A DNA stretch of 64,000 bases, from positions 13,140-77,139 of the IMG/VR virus record IMGVR_UViG_3300029787_000018; one strand, written 5' to 3'. The stretch's first letter is position 1; each line of letters starts with the position of its first letter. The stretch comes from a virus. The notes beneath the pieces were generated by a model. It did no database searches and was not told the origin of the DNA. It was given only the letters and a program-made list of their open reading frames with translations. The position numbers were made by a program, and so were the translations under genes. This document shows positions 37,928 through 48,768 of this stretch, in pieces.

Positions 37928-40900
37928 TATTGATAGCTTAGACGTATGTAATTTACAACACGATTTAGTTTTCTCAAAGTTCCTTCGTTATATGGGAACA
38001 CAAATTCAAACAGCGCCCACTCCGACCTAACATCTTTTTTCTCGTCGGAATCGGCATCACTGTTGGCGTAGTTCAATGTAGGTATAGTATGCTTTCCTTC
38101 TCTTTTTTTATAGCGTTTATGCGTTGGTAAAAGTTGTCTTACATGACCTTCTTTTGTGGTTATCGTAATACTTTCAAAATCAGTAAAGTCGTTCATTACC
38201 CAAGCCAAATGAGGGAATATAAATGTTTCGTCCGCATCTGGGGAGCAAATGAAACTTATTTTCATTTTAAGTTCTTTTTCAAGAACGTTCAAATATAATC
38301 CTTTGTTCAGTTCATGTAATGACTGTGAGTTAGGTCTTTCGATATCGTTTACGGTAACGATTGTTTCTCTAGGTATATATATTTTTCCGTCAAAAGGCAT
38401 ATATATACTTGAATTCATTTCTCTCCAACCACTGAACAACCCTAAAGGTTCATTGTACATTATCATAGAATTACCGGTATCGGTAACAATATTCAAACAG
38501 GTTTCTTTGAACTCTTCGTCAAAAAATCCGTTTACATCTATAATATTTTCGGTATTCAGTTTATTGTAAAAATCATGATGGTACTGATTCTTTAATGTAA
38601 TCTCTTCAAAATTCTTTATGATTACTTTTTTAGTATCATCTATGAACATAAAACCAAAATCCGGATGCTTTGATAGAGAGCGTCTAATGGACGTTCCATA
38701 GCTTGATACTACTTCGTATCCTGAAATAGATTTGCCGCTACTCTGTGCAACATTTATAGTCTGTCCTTGCTCGGAAGGAATCATTATGTTACGGTCAACG
38801 TACAATAACGATGTTTGATGTTCCTGTACAGCGAATAGATCGTTTTTAATTTTGGCGGCATTGAGAACAGCGCCTTTGTTCTTATCAAGTTCTTGGAACT
38901 CGTTGACCGGAAACGAAGACCAGGCATCATAATATTCTCCCGATAATTTTGTTTCGGATGCAGATACAATATTATCCATATTTGGATCGTCCTGATACCT
39001 ATAAGGTTTTACTATATATTTTTTGTAATTGTTTTTATGAAGATAGGCTGAATTGATTACCTCGTTTTTAGTAATTGCAAAATCTATAGCCGTAGTTTCT
39101 CTATAAAACTCATACTCATAGTTAAGCTTAGGTTCTACCATTGTCTCTACGACAAATGCATAGCACCAAGCACCGTTTAGTTTTTTTACATCTTCTAAAT
39201 CACCTCTAGCACTAGCGTCTTTGGTTCTACCATTATTAAGGTTTCTGTCTATACGTTCCTGAGCTTCGTCTCCATGGCTGTTTTTAGTACGTGCCCATAA
39301 TGTTACATAAGTGTCTCCCTCAATATTGAATACTTGTGCGCCATTAGTGTTTTTTTCTATAGGCTTTGTTTCCGATAAAGGAATAAAGGTATTGTTGCTG
39401 AACGCTTGACTGCTTCTACCGCCATATATAGAATCTTCGTTATCGCGTTCTATATTGATAAGGGCATAGCTATCGTACCAATTAAAACTACTTTCACCTC
39501 TACGTATCTGTGTAGGAAAGGTAGTAGGATTGGCACTACCTAAGAAAGAATCTGTAAATAAATTATCCTCGGACTTTATGAACAAGGTCTTTTCGCCTAT
39601 AGAAAGACTACCACCTCTAGGTAATGCTTCAAATCCATATTGGTCTCTTTCAAATCTGATTTTTCTAACTTCATTAGAATACCACCAAGGCATAGATGGT
39701 AAACAAAAAGCGTTATTGGATATTTCAAAATTAGTACCTAGGTCAGAACCGGGAACGACTTCACCTCGGCCAAGTGAAATTCCTTCTTTTATATCATGTT
39801 CTTGGTCCATCAGTGTATAATTTGAAAATACCGATACATTTACAAAATGCGTTTGCCAAGTACTGTTGTTTGTAATTCTATCATCACCTACAAGCTTAGG
39901 TAAATCGGATATTATAGAAGGAGTGTTAAGCTCTTCCCTTAATATTTTTCTTGAAAATTTAGGAAAAGTCTCCAATGGAAATGCACCGAAGCTTTCACCA
40001 GAAGTCATTAATGCATTTTTAGAGTGATCGGTATTCAACCTACCTACTACGTGTAGTTTTGAATTGAGCACAAGACTATCGCTTACTTCTCCATATACAA
40101 GGTCTGGACAATCGAAATAAAATAATTTCCTATTGTTTATTACACGCTGTTCATATTCGTAGTTAGGATTATCATAATCTTCACCGTTATCATCATATTG
40201 ATCAAAACCCTCTTTATCGAATAATGGTCCACCGTGGTATGGTAATATCCATTTTCTTTGTAGTTTTTCATCTAAGCCATAACCTGCAAAATTAACAGGG
40301 TCTTGCAATCTCATTAATGGTGCTGATATACCTTGGCATATTACACCTCTATTGTTTTCGTCTCGTTCTACGAACAATATTTGGTAAGAATCAAATTGCT
40401 TGCTGAAATTACAATCGAATCTTGTTTCGATATGCATTTCTACACGTACACCATAAAGACTGTTATTGACAACCTTTTGGTTAACGTATTGTTTAGAAGT
40501 GATTACAGCGTTACCAGAATCGTTTATGTAAGAATATGAAGTTCCAAGCTTAGGGATGTGTACATCACCCATAGGAATAGCGAATATCGGTTCTCCATTC
40601 TGATATAACTGTATGGCCAATCTGTAGATTTCATTTTTCATGAAACCTTTTTTTAGAGTTGGTTCCGGCATATCAAGAACACTGCCATTGCCATTATACC
40701 TAGAAGTAGCTTTGTTCAAAAGCTTATCTTCTTCTAGCCTATAGCTTATACGAATACCGGTACCTGAATTGAATCCTGCAGAAAGAGCGCCGTGAACCAT
40801 TTGTTCACTGGAAAGGTTATCGGTAAAGAATACATTTTCGTCTTCTGTTTCATAAAGTACCTGTTCATTGGAAAACGACAAAATTATATTTGTCATATCC

Positions 40901-42585
40901 GTTTTAAGGTTATCGTTTACAGAATTCAACAGTATTACGTTGTCAATATATTTTATTATGACATTAGGAAACTTATTTCCAAATTCTACATTTTGATCAC
41001 TTTCGTTTTGCAATAATAACCCAATTTCTTCTGTTACGTTTTTATAGACATTGGCTTCATTTTCTATAACGTATTCATACTGTTCAGATGTTAGGGTGTT
41101 TACAAGTCTTACCGTAGTACTTCCAAAACTCCTTATTTCAGAGAATACTCTTTTCTTTGCATAGAAAAGTTCTTCTTTGTAATTGGGTGGTATAAGGTTG
41201 TATGTTTTTGGTGACGGATTTAAAAAGCTTGAATGTGTATTACCGGCACTGTTCCATCCATGTAAAGCGAACAAAGTCTTTAGACTATTATATTCGTTTG
41301 TAATAGGGTTGTTACGTAAACCAAAAGCAAAAAGCTTATTGTTCTTTGTTTCAAGGTCGCTGCAGTATTTCCAATTAAGTTCGTTCTGTAACGTATCGGC
41401 AAATGTAATTTCTGTAGATAAATCGGATTCATTGCCAAAATGGTCAAATTCTACAACACTTGAAACAGCTTTGATACCCAAAGACTTTACACCTGTAGGA
41501 ATACCAGAAGCTTCAAATTCCAATGCTATACATTCTATTTCTGAAAATCCTGTAGGGTTTACTATGTTGCAAGTAATTTTTACGGCTTTATTAGTAACCT
41601 CTTCCGGTTCTCCACCTTGTACCGCAACGCTGTTTTCTGGATAGATGTAATGTACTTTTGAATAAGGGCTAAGGTTTGTTACCTGGCCATTGTCCGTAAT
41701 AAGTCTATACAGATATTGAACAGCCATTGATTTAAGCTGACCATTGGTGTTTACTTCTTTGATTCTAGGTTCTAATAACGTAGAGCTTTGAAAGTTCTCT
41801 AGTTCTTTAGGAGATCTTGTTTTTAAATCTGGGTCGTATACATTTATAGACTTAAAAGTGGTAGTAAAATCGGTATACTTTACTCTTCTGTAATTAGAGT
41901 TTTCATCCACGCCCAATGCAACAATCTTTGCATCAAGTGCCCAATTTTGATAACCTGCCCAAAGTACTTTATTTGTGAAGTTTCCGTTATCGTCTTTTGT
42001 AATTGACAATATGCAATCCGAATACAATTCATTGTTGGGCGGTATGGAACCCTCTTGAAGTTGACAAGCCGCAAAATCGTTTACGTTTACGTTTAATCTA
42101 TAATAAGAGTCGTAATCTATTTCATCGTTCTCTGTTCCACTAGGGTCATAGTTATCTTCAATGACCACTTCTGAATCAGGTGCTTTGGATGCTATCTGTT
42201 CCGTATAGGTAACAACGTTTGAGTTATCGGATATTTCATCCGTTAATGCAAAAGCCCCGCTATTAAGTTCTACTTCAAAATCTGAAATATTGGGAACGGT
42301 TCTGTTTACACTTTCATAAATAACACCACCGATATTTATATCTATACCGGAAGCTTTTACAAACACAACAAGTTGATCATTGAAAGATGCGGCACCTAGA
42401 TATTTTACTATCCTGGTATCGTTCATGATTTCTTCTGTTCCTTTTACGGAAACAAATGAAAGCATTCCATCTTTTGCGGATAAACGCCCGTTTTCACCAA
42501 ATATAAAACTGTTCTTAGTTTTTAAATGGTTGTCAAGGTCGGATTTCATACCGCCATCAAAAGTATGTGTTTGTTTATTTGTCAT
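37927..42585 (-). CDS. tail stabilisation/nozzle protein (P22 gp10-like, crAss muzzle-like)
   Basis: 1552 aa; N-terminal 'HTFDGGMKSDL', C-terminal 'YGTS' and 'KKREGKH..P' as in crAss-like stabilisation proteins; synteny. Confidence 0.65.
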   Translation of the reverse strand: MTNKQTHTFDGGMKSDLDNHLKTKNSFIFGENGRLSAKDGMLSFVSVKGTEEIMNDTRIVKYLGAASFNDQLVVFVKASGIDINIGGVIYESVNRTVPNISDFEVELNSGAFALTDEISDNSNVVTYTEQIASKAPDSEVVIEDNYDPSGTENDEIDYDSYYRLNVNVNDFAACQLQEGSIPPNNELYSDCILSITKDDNGNFTNKVLWAGYQNWALDAKIVALGVDENSNYRRVKYTDFTTTFKSINVYDPDLKTRSPKELENFQSSTLLEPRIKEVNTNGQLKSMAVQYLYRLITDNGQVTNLSPYSKVHYIYPENSVAVQGGEPEEVTNKAVKITCNIVNPTGFSEIECIALEFEASGIPTGVKSLGIKAVSSVVEFDHFGNESDLSTEITFADTLQNELNWKYCSDLETKNNKLFAFGLRNNPITNEYNSLKTLFALHGWNSAGNTHSSFLNPSPKTYNLIPPNYKEELFYAKKRVFSEIRSFGSTTVRLVNTLTSEQYEYVIENEANVYKNVTEEIGLLLQNESDQNVEFGNKFPNVIIKYIDNVILLNSVNDNLKTDMTNIILSFSNEQVLYETEDENVFFTDNLSSEQMVHGALSAGFNSGTGIRISYRLEEDKLLNKATSRYNGNGSVLDMPEPTLKKGFMKNEIYRLAIQLYQNGEPIFAIPMGDVHIPKLGTSYSYINDSGNAVITSKQYVNQKVVNNSLYGVRVEMHIETRFDCNFSKQFDSYQILFVERDENNRGVICQGISAPLMRLQDPVNFAGYGLDEKLQRKWILPYHGGPLFDKEGFDQYDDNGEDYDNPNYEYEQRVINNRKLFYFDCPDLVYGEVSDSLVLNSKLHVVGRLNTDHSKNALMTSGESFGAFPLETFPKFSRKILREELNTPSIISDLPKLVGDDRITNNSTWQTHFVNVSVFSNYTLMDQEHDIKEGISLGRGEVVPGSDLGTNFEISNNAFCLPSMPWWYSNEVRKIRFERDQYGFEALPRGGSLSIGEKTLFIKSEDNLFTDSFLGSANPTTFPTQIRRGESSFNWYDSYALINIERDNEDSIYGGRSSQAFSNNTFIPLSETKPIEKNTNGAQVFNIEGDTYVTLWARTKNSHGDEAQERIDRNLNNGRTKDASARGDLEDVKKLNGAWCYAFVVETMVEPKLNYEYEFYRETTAIDFAITKNEVINSAYLHKNNYKKYIVKPYRYQDDPNMDNIVSASETKLSGEYYDAWSSFPVNEFQELDKNKGAVLNAAKIKNDLFAVQEHQTSLLYVDRNIMIPSEQGQTINVAQSSGKSISGYEVVSSYGTSIRRSLSKHPDFGFMFIDDTKKVIIKNFEEITLKNQYHHDFYNKLNTENIIDVNGFFDEEFKETCLNIVTDTGNSMIMYNEPLGLFSGWREMNSSIYMPFDGKIYIPRETIVTVNDIERPNSQSLHELNKGLYLNVLEKELKMKISFICSPDADETFIFPHLAWVMNDFTDFESITITTKEGHVRQLLPTHKRYKKREGKHTIPTLNYANSDADSDEKKDVRSEWALFEFVFPYNEGTLRKLNRVVNYIRLSYQ

Positions 42586-42591
42586 GAAATA

Positions 42592-42873
42592 TTAGTTTCC
42601 TTTGAAAAATCCAGCAGTTACAAAAGCATCGAATACTTCCAATATAGTTGAATTTTCAGTTAACGTTAAAGCTGTAAGTGTTGCTGAAGATAAATTTTTT
42701 GCACTTATAAAAAGCATATTAAGTTCTTTGTTACAAGGAAAAACTATTTTTTCAATACTATCACTAGCTTTGTAATTTTCATTAAAGTTCACTGCTATTT
42801 TTCTAACGGAATTACCTTGTTCTACTGTAATTACCGTAGTGTTCGATTGAACTGCAATTGTTATTTCATCCAT
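42592..42873 (-). CDS. hypothetical protein
   Basis: 93-aa ORF. Confidence 0.6.
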   Translation of the reverse strand: MDEITIAVQSNTTVITVEQGNSVRKIAVNFNENYKASDSIEKIVFPCNKELNMLFISAKNLSSATLTALTLTENSTILEVFDAFVTAGFFKGN

Positions 42874-42875
42874 AA

Positions 42876-43802
42876 TTAAAAGTTTATTGTTGATGTATAT
42901 GTATTGGTTACAGAAACATTCGATGCTTCTCCGTCAACTTCATCTATGGTTAATTGAACCGTTGATGTAGCACTTGTACCAAAATTACTGTAATTGTGTT
43001 CTATTTCAATATCGGATGTTCCAAAAATATCCAAAGGAACATTTATCTGCTGACTTCCATTAGCTGAAATAATAGTTTCAAAAGTACCGTAAGTAATTCT
43101 TATTTCACTGGTTGCTCCGTTAGCAAACATATTCCCTGATACATTGACCGTTATCAAAGCTGTTTTACCGGATAATCCGTTTTCTATTAAAACATTGTCA
43201 TAAACAGGGTTGTCGCCATCTACACCGCTTGAAGATATTTCGGCTAAAGAAGATATATTGAATATTGTTTGATACACTGTAGCTTCATTAAATCCTATAT
43301 GGTTTCCGCAATGATAGGATATCGTTCCATAAGGAAGTCCGGCACCGTTGTCCGTAGCAAATACCAATAATGATAATTGATAGTTATAAATTATATCTCC
43401 TACAAAAACAGGGTCACCGTTCAAAGTCAATGTTCCATAACCTTCGATTGCCTCTATTCTTATTCTATCCGTAGAATTATTTATAGCTATTCCCGAAAAA
43501 TCATAATTCGCATTTTTAGAAGCTGTAACGATTAATTCTGCTGATTCTGGTGTATTTATACCTACAAGTTCTTTTATGGCAACTGTGGAAGGATTTGACC
43601 ACTGACTTTCGTTCTCGGAGACTTCTATTTGCATAGAATCCAAAAACTCGTTTTTAAACCCTGTTTGGTTGTCATAAGTAATTTCGTTTTGCTCGGCCAA
43701 AGGATATGATTGATTCAGCGTAATGGCTACACCGTTTTTTAAGCATGTTACACGCTCTGGCAATTTTGATATTCTAAAATGAGTTATAGCCATTATATAC
43801 AA
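42876..43802 (-). CDS. putative tail-associated beta-rich protein
   Basis: About 305 aa (likely ATG at 43793), Ig-like S/T/N-rich composition. Confidence 0.55.
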   Translation of the reverse strand: MYIMAITHFRISKLPERVTCLKNGVAITLNQSYPLAEQNEITYDNQTGFKNEFLDSMQIEVSENESQWSNPSTVAIKELVGINTPESAELIVTASKNANYDFSGIAINNSTDRIRIEAIEGYGTLTLNGDPVFVGDIIYNYQLSLLVFATDNGAGLPYGTISYHCGNHIGFNEATVYQTIFNISSLAEISSSGVDGDNPVYDNVLIENGLSGKTALITVNVSGNMFANGATSEIRITYGTFETIISANGSQQINVPLDIFGTSDIEIEHNYSNFGTSATSTVQLTIDEVDGEASNVSVTNTYTSTINF

Positions 43803-44224
43803 GGTGGATTGTCATAGAAATTACTATGTGCTTGGGTTCGTTTAAAACTTATTGTTCTGGTGTTGCTCTCACCTACGATACCAACGGTAAGCTGATATTC
43901 CGATTCAAGGTTCTGTACTTCGCTGTTGGCAAGCTTTACCGTGTAAGGTGTCGTACCTGCAGAAAAGTTTTTTGAACCTATGAACATAGAAACACCATTC
44001 GGTGCGGGATTGTTTCCTCCTGCATTTCCAGCTATCATTTCACCAAAAGCATCTCCGGTATATCCATCGGGTATAATAATAATTCCTTGGAAAACACTCT
44101 CGCATGCATTTGAGGTAACAGTAGGATTGGAAACTTTGAACTTTACTTCACCGTTTCCACCTGTACCGCCATCTGAAACAATAACAGTAGATTTTCTAAG
44201 AATATTTTTTAAAAAATTTTTCAT
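43793..44224 (-). CDS. putative tail-associated protein
   Basis: 143 aa, G-rich, in the tail module. Confidence 0.5.
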   Translation of the reverse strand: MKNFLKNILRKSTVIVSDGGTGGNGEVKFKVSNPTVTSNACESVFQGIIIIPDGYTGDAFGEMIAGNAGGNNPAPNGVSMFIGSKNFSAGTTPYTVKLANSEVQNLESEYQLTVGIVGESNTRTISFKRTQAHSNFYDNPPCI

Positions 44225-45975
44225 TATAAATCTTTTAGGTCGCCTGACAATAAATATTCATTAGTAAGACTTGCGTTGACTACAGAAGTAGAATTGGTAA
44301 ATTCATTGTTACACATTAAATAAGCTGAGTAATATTGACCTAATAGCTTAGTTGATTTGTCTGCCGGTTTTCTAATGGTTACACCACTAGAAGAAGCGAT
44401 TATAGTTATTTCATTTACATCGGACGCACTTTGTACAAGGCCACATTCAAAACCTATAGGCAATAATGGAACTATAAGGTTATTGTTACCATTGCTTTCT
44501 ATGTGCAAAATAAGACCGTTATCCTCTTCTTTAATAGTATACGGCAATGTAACCGTTTTCTTTAAAGAAAGTACTTCCTCATATATTTTGGTCACCATAC
44601 AATAGGCTTCTTTTTCATTGACACCTTCGTAGTAGTAATATTCATTAAAAGCAATAGTAGGAGTTGCTAAAGGAAAATTGGTTCCAGCATTACTCCACAA
44701 TCTAAAAGCCCAATAATTAGAGTTAAGGTTTTGAAGAGCTATTTTTCTGGAAAGTATTTTTATATAAGCCAATTTTTGCATTGACTTTGTAGTATTATCC
44801 TTGTACTTAAAAAAAGACAATCCAAGAACATCGTTAGGCTTATTGAAAATTCTTTTACCTACGGATATATCTTTTTTGACAAGCAAATAGATTCTTGATT
44901 CATATTTACACATTACAAAATCTATTCCTGCAGGATAAGGAAACCCTGGAAAACTTGTAGAATTATAATTTGTAGTAAGATCGGCAGTATAGAATCCTTT
45001 TTCCATAAAACCGTTAATAGATTTTGAAACGAACAAATTTTCATATATGTCCGAACTCTGAACAGGCTTGAAGCTTTCTTTGCTCAATTGACCATCAGCA
45101 TTCAGTATTCCTGAAAAATCTTCTGTAATAGTAGAATTATCGGTAAACAAAAATGTAACGATTCCTGTTTCTTCATCTAATGTTATATCCGCAATAGTAG
45201 CTACATTACCTCCAAAAATATTATCTAAATCTGTATTGTAAATAAGTTGGTTACCTTTTGTAAATACTAAATTGGTACCTAATATTTCAACATTGTACGG
45301 AGAAGGTTTTACAACATGAACGAATACTTTTTGAATATTGTAATCGGTAAGTAAATCCCAATCGCTTTTTTCTATAATATCGAGAATTCTATAATTTCCA
45401 TAAGTATTCTCGGTAATAGTAAAATGACCTAAATAAGTATTGTTGGTTCCGTTGACCATTTTTATTTCAGCGCCTACGTTTTCATTTGCCAACATTTGAA
45501 AACCGGACTGTGAAACAAAATTATTAGATACCAATGCTACGTTTTGAACACCGGTTCCTATATTCAGCGTACCAAAGTACATTGCCTGTGTAGGATTGGT
45601 TTCTTCTTTTATTTCGATGTTTACGGATGGTTCTGTGTAGAATAAGGATTTTACTATGCCAGAGCTTTGAGAACTGTCAAGAACAAAATTGAATATCCTT
45701 TCACTATAGTCTTTTCCCTTTACTATTGTATTGGGCGGATATACAAAGCTTGGTGTTATTAAACCATTTGAACCAAAAGTTACTTCTTCCCATCTATATG
45801 TTTCGTTGGTTTCCACACAATAGGAAATCATTCCCTCGTAATAAGTAAAAGCTTTTGAATTGGCTTCTCCAAGGTCTTTCATTTCGTCCAAGGTTTCAAA
45901 CAAGGACTTAGCATCTAAAGGAAACATCGATGCGACTCTTAGGGATTTTGAGATATCGGAAACACTATCGCTCAT
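44224..45975 (-). CDS. tail fibre/spike-like protein
   Basis: 583 aa; N-terminal PLDAK...KAFTYY domain shared with 52330-52845; C-terminal 'YTI...DNG.IL' gp53-like tip. Confidence 0.6.
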   Translation of the reverse strand: MSDSVSDISKSLRVASMFPLDAKSLFETLDEMKDLGEANSKAFTYYEGMISYCVETNETYRWEEVTFGSNGLITPSFVYPPNTIVKGKDYSERIFNFVLDSSQSSGIVKSLFYTEPSVNIEIKEETNPTQAMYFGTLNIGTGVQNVALVSNNFVSQSGFQMLANENVGAEIKMVNGTNNTYLGHFTITENTYGNYRILDIIEKSDWDLLTDYNIQKVFVHVVKPSPYNVEILGTNLVFTKGNQLIYNTDLDNIFGGNVATIADITLDEETGIVTFLFTDNSTITEDFSGILNADGQLSKESFKPVQSSDIYENLFVSKSINGFMEKGFYTADLTTNYNSTSFPGFPYPAGIDFVMCKYESRIYLLVKKDISVGKRIFNKPNDVLGLSFFKYKDNTTKSMQKLAYIKILSRKIALQNLNSNYWAFRLWSNAGTNFPLATPTIAFNEYYYYEGVNEKEAYCMVTKIYEEVLSLKKTVTLPYTIKEEDNGLILHIESNGNNNLIVPLLPIGFECGLVQSASDVNEITIIASSSGVTIRKPADKSTKLLGQYYSAYLMCNNEFTNSTSVVNASLTNEYLLSGDLKDL

Positions 45976-46030
45976 GGTTTAATCTTTTTTCAAATATAAA
46001 GATTAAATGAAGATGAACAATCAGAGCGTT

Positions 46031-46489
46031 TTAGCTTCTTGTCACAAAAGCCTTTCCTATAAAGGCAATAGCACCGAAAAAGCCCAATGCACATACGGAG
46101 TAAAAACCATATTTTGAAAGTATCTTCACTTTCTCTAAATCTATTTCAGCTTCCTTAAAGGACATTTCCATTTTGTACTTAGCCTGTAGTTCCGCTAACC
46201 GTTCTTCTTCCGTCTGTGGGCATAGTATAGTTTCTGAAGCTACCCTACCCTCGCTATCGTATACGCGGGTTGCCGTTGCTCCATTGGTTCCTTTATAGAT
46301 TATGGTGGTATCTCTATGTATGGGTTCCTTTGGAGCTGGCAGTATCACTATCTGATCACCTGGCCTTGTTATTCTTTCGTAAAAACTTTCGTTTACTTCG
46401 AATTCCTCTTCCAGATTTACCTTGGTTACGTCTTTTAAAGGGTTGCAACCAAAAAACAAAAAAACTAGAATAATAAATATTTTTTTCAT
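46031..46489 (-). CDS. putative unimolecular spanin-like lipoprotein
   Basis: Lipobox LFFG-C plus a C-terminal TM helix; directly downstream of the endolysin. Confidence 0.55.
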   Translation of the reverse strand: MKKIFIILVFLFFGCNPLKDVTKVNLEEEFEVNESFYERITRPGDQIVILPAPKEPIHRDTTIIYKGTNGATATRVYDSEGRVASETILCPQTEEERLAELQAKYKMEMSFKEAEIDLEKVKILSKYGFYSVCALGFFGAIAFIGKAFVTRS

Positions 46490-46926
46490 TAAGCTGCTCT
46501 TTTAATTGGGTATTGTCTTACCCATGCCGAATTATAAACAAAGGCATCGTTCTGAGCGTTTTTATAATCCCCGTGTATAAACCCGTTATAAATCGCTAAA
46601 CGTGTGTACCTAGTAACAGCAATTAAAGCTTCAAGTAATATTCCTTGATTCTCTTTAAAGTTATCACAAGTAATATCACAAGCACCCAAAAAATTATAGG
46701 TATGTTCTGAATAACCGCTACGACCTTTTGATTTTTCCCAAGCAGTATTTCTGTAAGAGCTTTTAAGGGATACGTAGAGTTTGATGTCACAATTATATTT
46801 TTCATTGATGTAGTTTTCTGCATCTACTAACGGAGCCATATGAGCAACATAAGCAACGGTCTCCACTTTAGAAGGAAGACCGTCACCTCTAATATCATAA
46901 TTTTTTATATCACGAATAGGATACAT
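46489..46926 (-). CDS. endolysin, peptidase M15 family
   Basis: SSYR...SEH...ACDI...FIHGD Zn-peptidase motifs. Confidence 0.8.
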   Translation of the reverse strand: MYPIRDIKNYDIRGDGLPSKVETVAYVAHMAPLVDAENYINEKYNCDIKLYVSLKSSYRNTAWEKSKGRSGYSEHTYNFLGACDITCDNFKENQGILLEALIAVTRYTRLAIYNGFIHGDYKNAQNDAFVYNSAWVRQYPIKRAA

Positions 46927-47291
46927 TACAATGTAGTGTTAGTTTTAGTTATTTCTCTATACAACTGATTCAGAAATACCGAACCTAGACCGCCTAAGAA
47001 TAATACAATAAAATTACTATCACTTGCAATAGTACCTAAGTAAGCTAATCCTGTAGTGATCAAAGGAACTGCTATCAATGTTACCGTTCCAGTTACGAAA
47101 GGTAATATCTTTTTTACAAGCCACGTAACCCCTAAGGTAATAAGCGGCATAAGCCATGTTAATACCGATGCGGCACTACTGAATTCAATGGTTTCTTCTT
47201 GCGCCATACCTAATAAAGGCACAAATAATAATAATGCTAATCCAATGTTGGCGAATCCTGCTTTTTTCCAAAGTAATTTTAATTTGTCCAT
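46926..47291 (-). CDS. holin-like membrane protein
   Basis: 3-4 hydrophobic segments, immediately upstream of the endolysin. Confidence 0.6.
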   Translation of the reverse strand: MDKLKLLWKKAGFANIGLALLLFVPLLGMAQEETIEFSSAASVLTWLMPLITLGVTWLVKKILPFVTGTVTLIAVPLITTGLAYLGTIASDSNFIVLFLGGLGSVFLNQLYREITKTNTTL

Positions 47292-47330
47292 TTCTAAATG
47301 TTTAGTTATTAATGAATAAAGTTAATGATA

Positions 47331-48038
47331 TTAATTAATTGAGCGCAAAGAGTCTTTCTCTATATCCAATATTTTCTCGGTGTCTTCATATACTTCTATA
47401 CTCTGTATCACTCCATCTTGATCCATTACCATTTTAAAATTAATTATAGGTATCGATATCCCGTACACTAAAGAATCCAATCCATCAAGACCAGGGAACT
47501 TATGGCTATATACCGGAATGGTCACCGAATCGTTTATTTTAGAAAATTCCAATGTGTCCACGGGTGCCCACCTCGCCAGAACCAAACTATCCGTCGTTGT
47601 CCAACCTTTACCTATAGCTCCTGGTGCAATTTCCTCATTGCTTTTACCTAATAAAGAAAACCTATCACAATTGTAATAGATTTCATATCCTTTGTTCATT
47701 CCGTTTATCCGGAATACCCACCTGTCTTTCATTTTCATCTTACGATACCAAGGAACATCTAAGTTGTTCATGGTCGTAGTAGTACTGTTCATAGCTTCTT
47801 TTAAAACGACTATTTCAGTTTCCTGTTCGGTAACCTTATTTTTTAACTCTTCGTTTTCATAACGGACTATATGTAAATTGAACAGTGCAATTACACCAGT
47901 TCCCCATGCGGTCATTTTTTGATGTTTCTTTATCCATACAAAAAATCGCTTAAGATGTAAAAAGACAACTGCTCTGTTGACTTTTGAAATTACATACCTT
48001 TTAAACTTCAAAAATCTTAGAAGCAAAACAGTTATCAT
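47331..48038 (-). CDS. membrane-anchored coiled-coil protein with PAS-like region
   Basis: TM plus coiled coil, then 'P.W.K...N..YE.......LLGKS..EI......D..V'; true start may be the internal M (MTAW). Confidence 0.5.
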   Translation of the reverse strand: MITVLLLRFLKFKRYVISKVNRAVVFLHLKRFFVWIKKHQKMTAWGTGVIALFNLHIVRYENEELKNKVTEQETEIVVLKEAMNSTTTTMNNLDVPWYRKMKMKDRWVFRINGMNKGYEIYYNCDRFSLLGKSNEEIAPGAIGKGWTTTDSLVLARWAPVDTLEFSKINDSVTIPVYSHKFPGLDGLDSLVYGISIPIINFKMVMDQDGVIQSIEVYEDTEKILDIEKDSLRSIN

Positions 48039-48131
48039 TCGTTCGGGGGAATTTGTTTTAATCGCTTACTAAGATCGATATAAAATCGAGAAAGATCATT
48101 ACTATAAAAATTATGGTAGCTAACATAGTTT

Positions 48132-48590
48132 TTAAATTAAAGGTTTGTTAGGGTCTACACCAGTTTTTTTTATAAAATCCTGTGTGATTTTTTTATCTCT
48201 AGCTTGTTTAAGCTGGTCGAGCATTTCACGTTTTTTAGGTCCGTATGCCATACTTGCCAATGAATAGCCGATAGTAAAGAAAGAAGCTTCTTCTTTTACC
48301 GCTATACCAAAATCTAACAAAGTATCCGTAATACCCGTAGGAACTAAAATAGTTACTGCAGAAAGTATTACGGTAGCAGCAGTATGCCATATCCAAAATG
48401 GAGAATTATCCTTTATAAACGTCCAAGTGTTTAATTGTGATCTGATAACCCATACTTTTATTACAATATACAGTAAAAGGGCAAGAAACGAAAATCCTAC
48501 GTTAATACCGAAGTCGATATAGGTTTCTGGGTCTTGTAACAAGTACTTGTACTGTTCAACTGTTTCCGATAAGATTTCTGTTTCTTGCAT
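48132..48590 (-). CDS. membrane protein (holin-like)
   Basis: Three hydrophobic segments and a basic C-terminus. Confidence 0.55.
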   Translation of the reverse strand: MQETEILSETVEQYKYLLQDPETYIDFGINVGFSFLALLLYIVIKVWVIRSQLNTWTFIKDNSPFWIWHTAATVILSAVTILVPTGITDTLLDFGIAVKEEASFFTIGYSLASMAYGPKKREMLDQLKQARDKKITQDFIKKTGVDPNKPLI

Positions 48591-48768
48591 TATCTTCTAT
48601 TTAAAATTATCCTTATTCTTTTTGTAAATTAACAGATCATAAAGCGATGCCGAACAAACCTAAAGCCCATACCATTAATAAATCTCCCATAACTACCACT
48701 TTATATAAGGCTTGATCCGCATACATATCAGAAATAATACATAGTATGTGAATAGTGCCGTTGTCATT

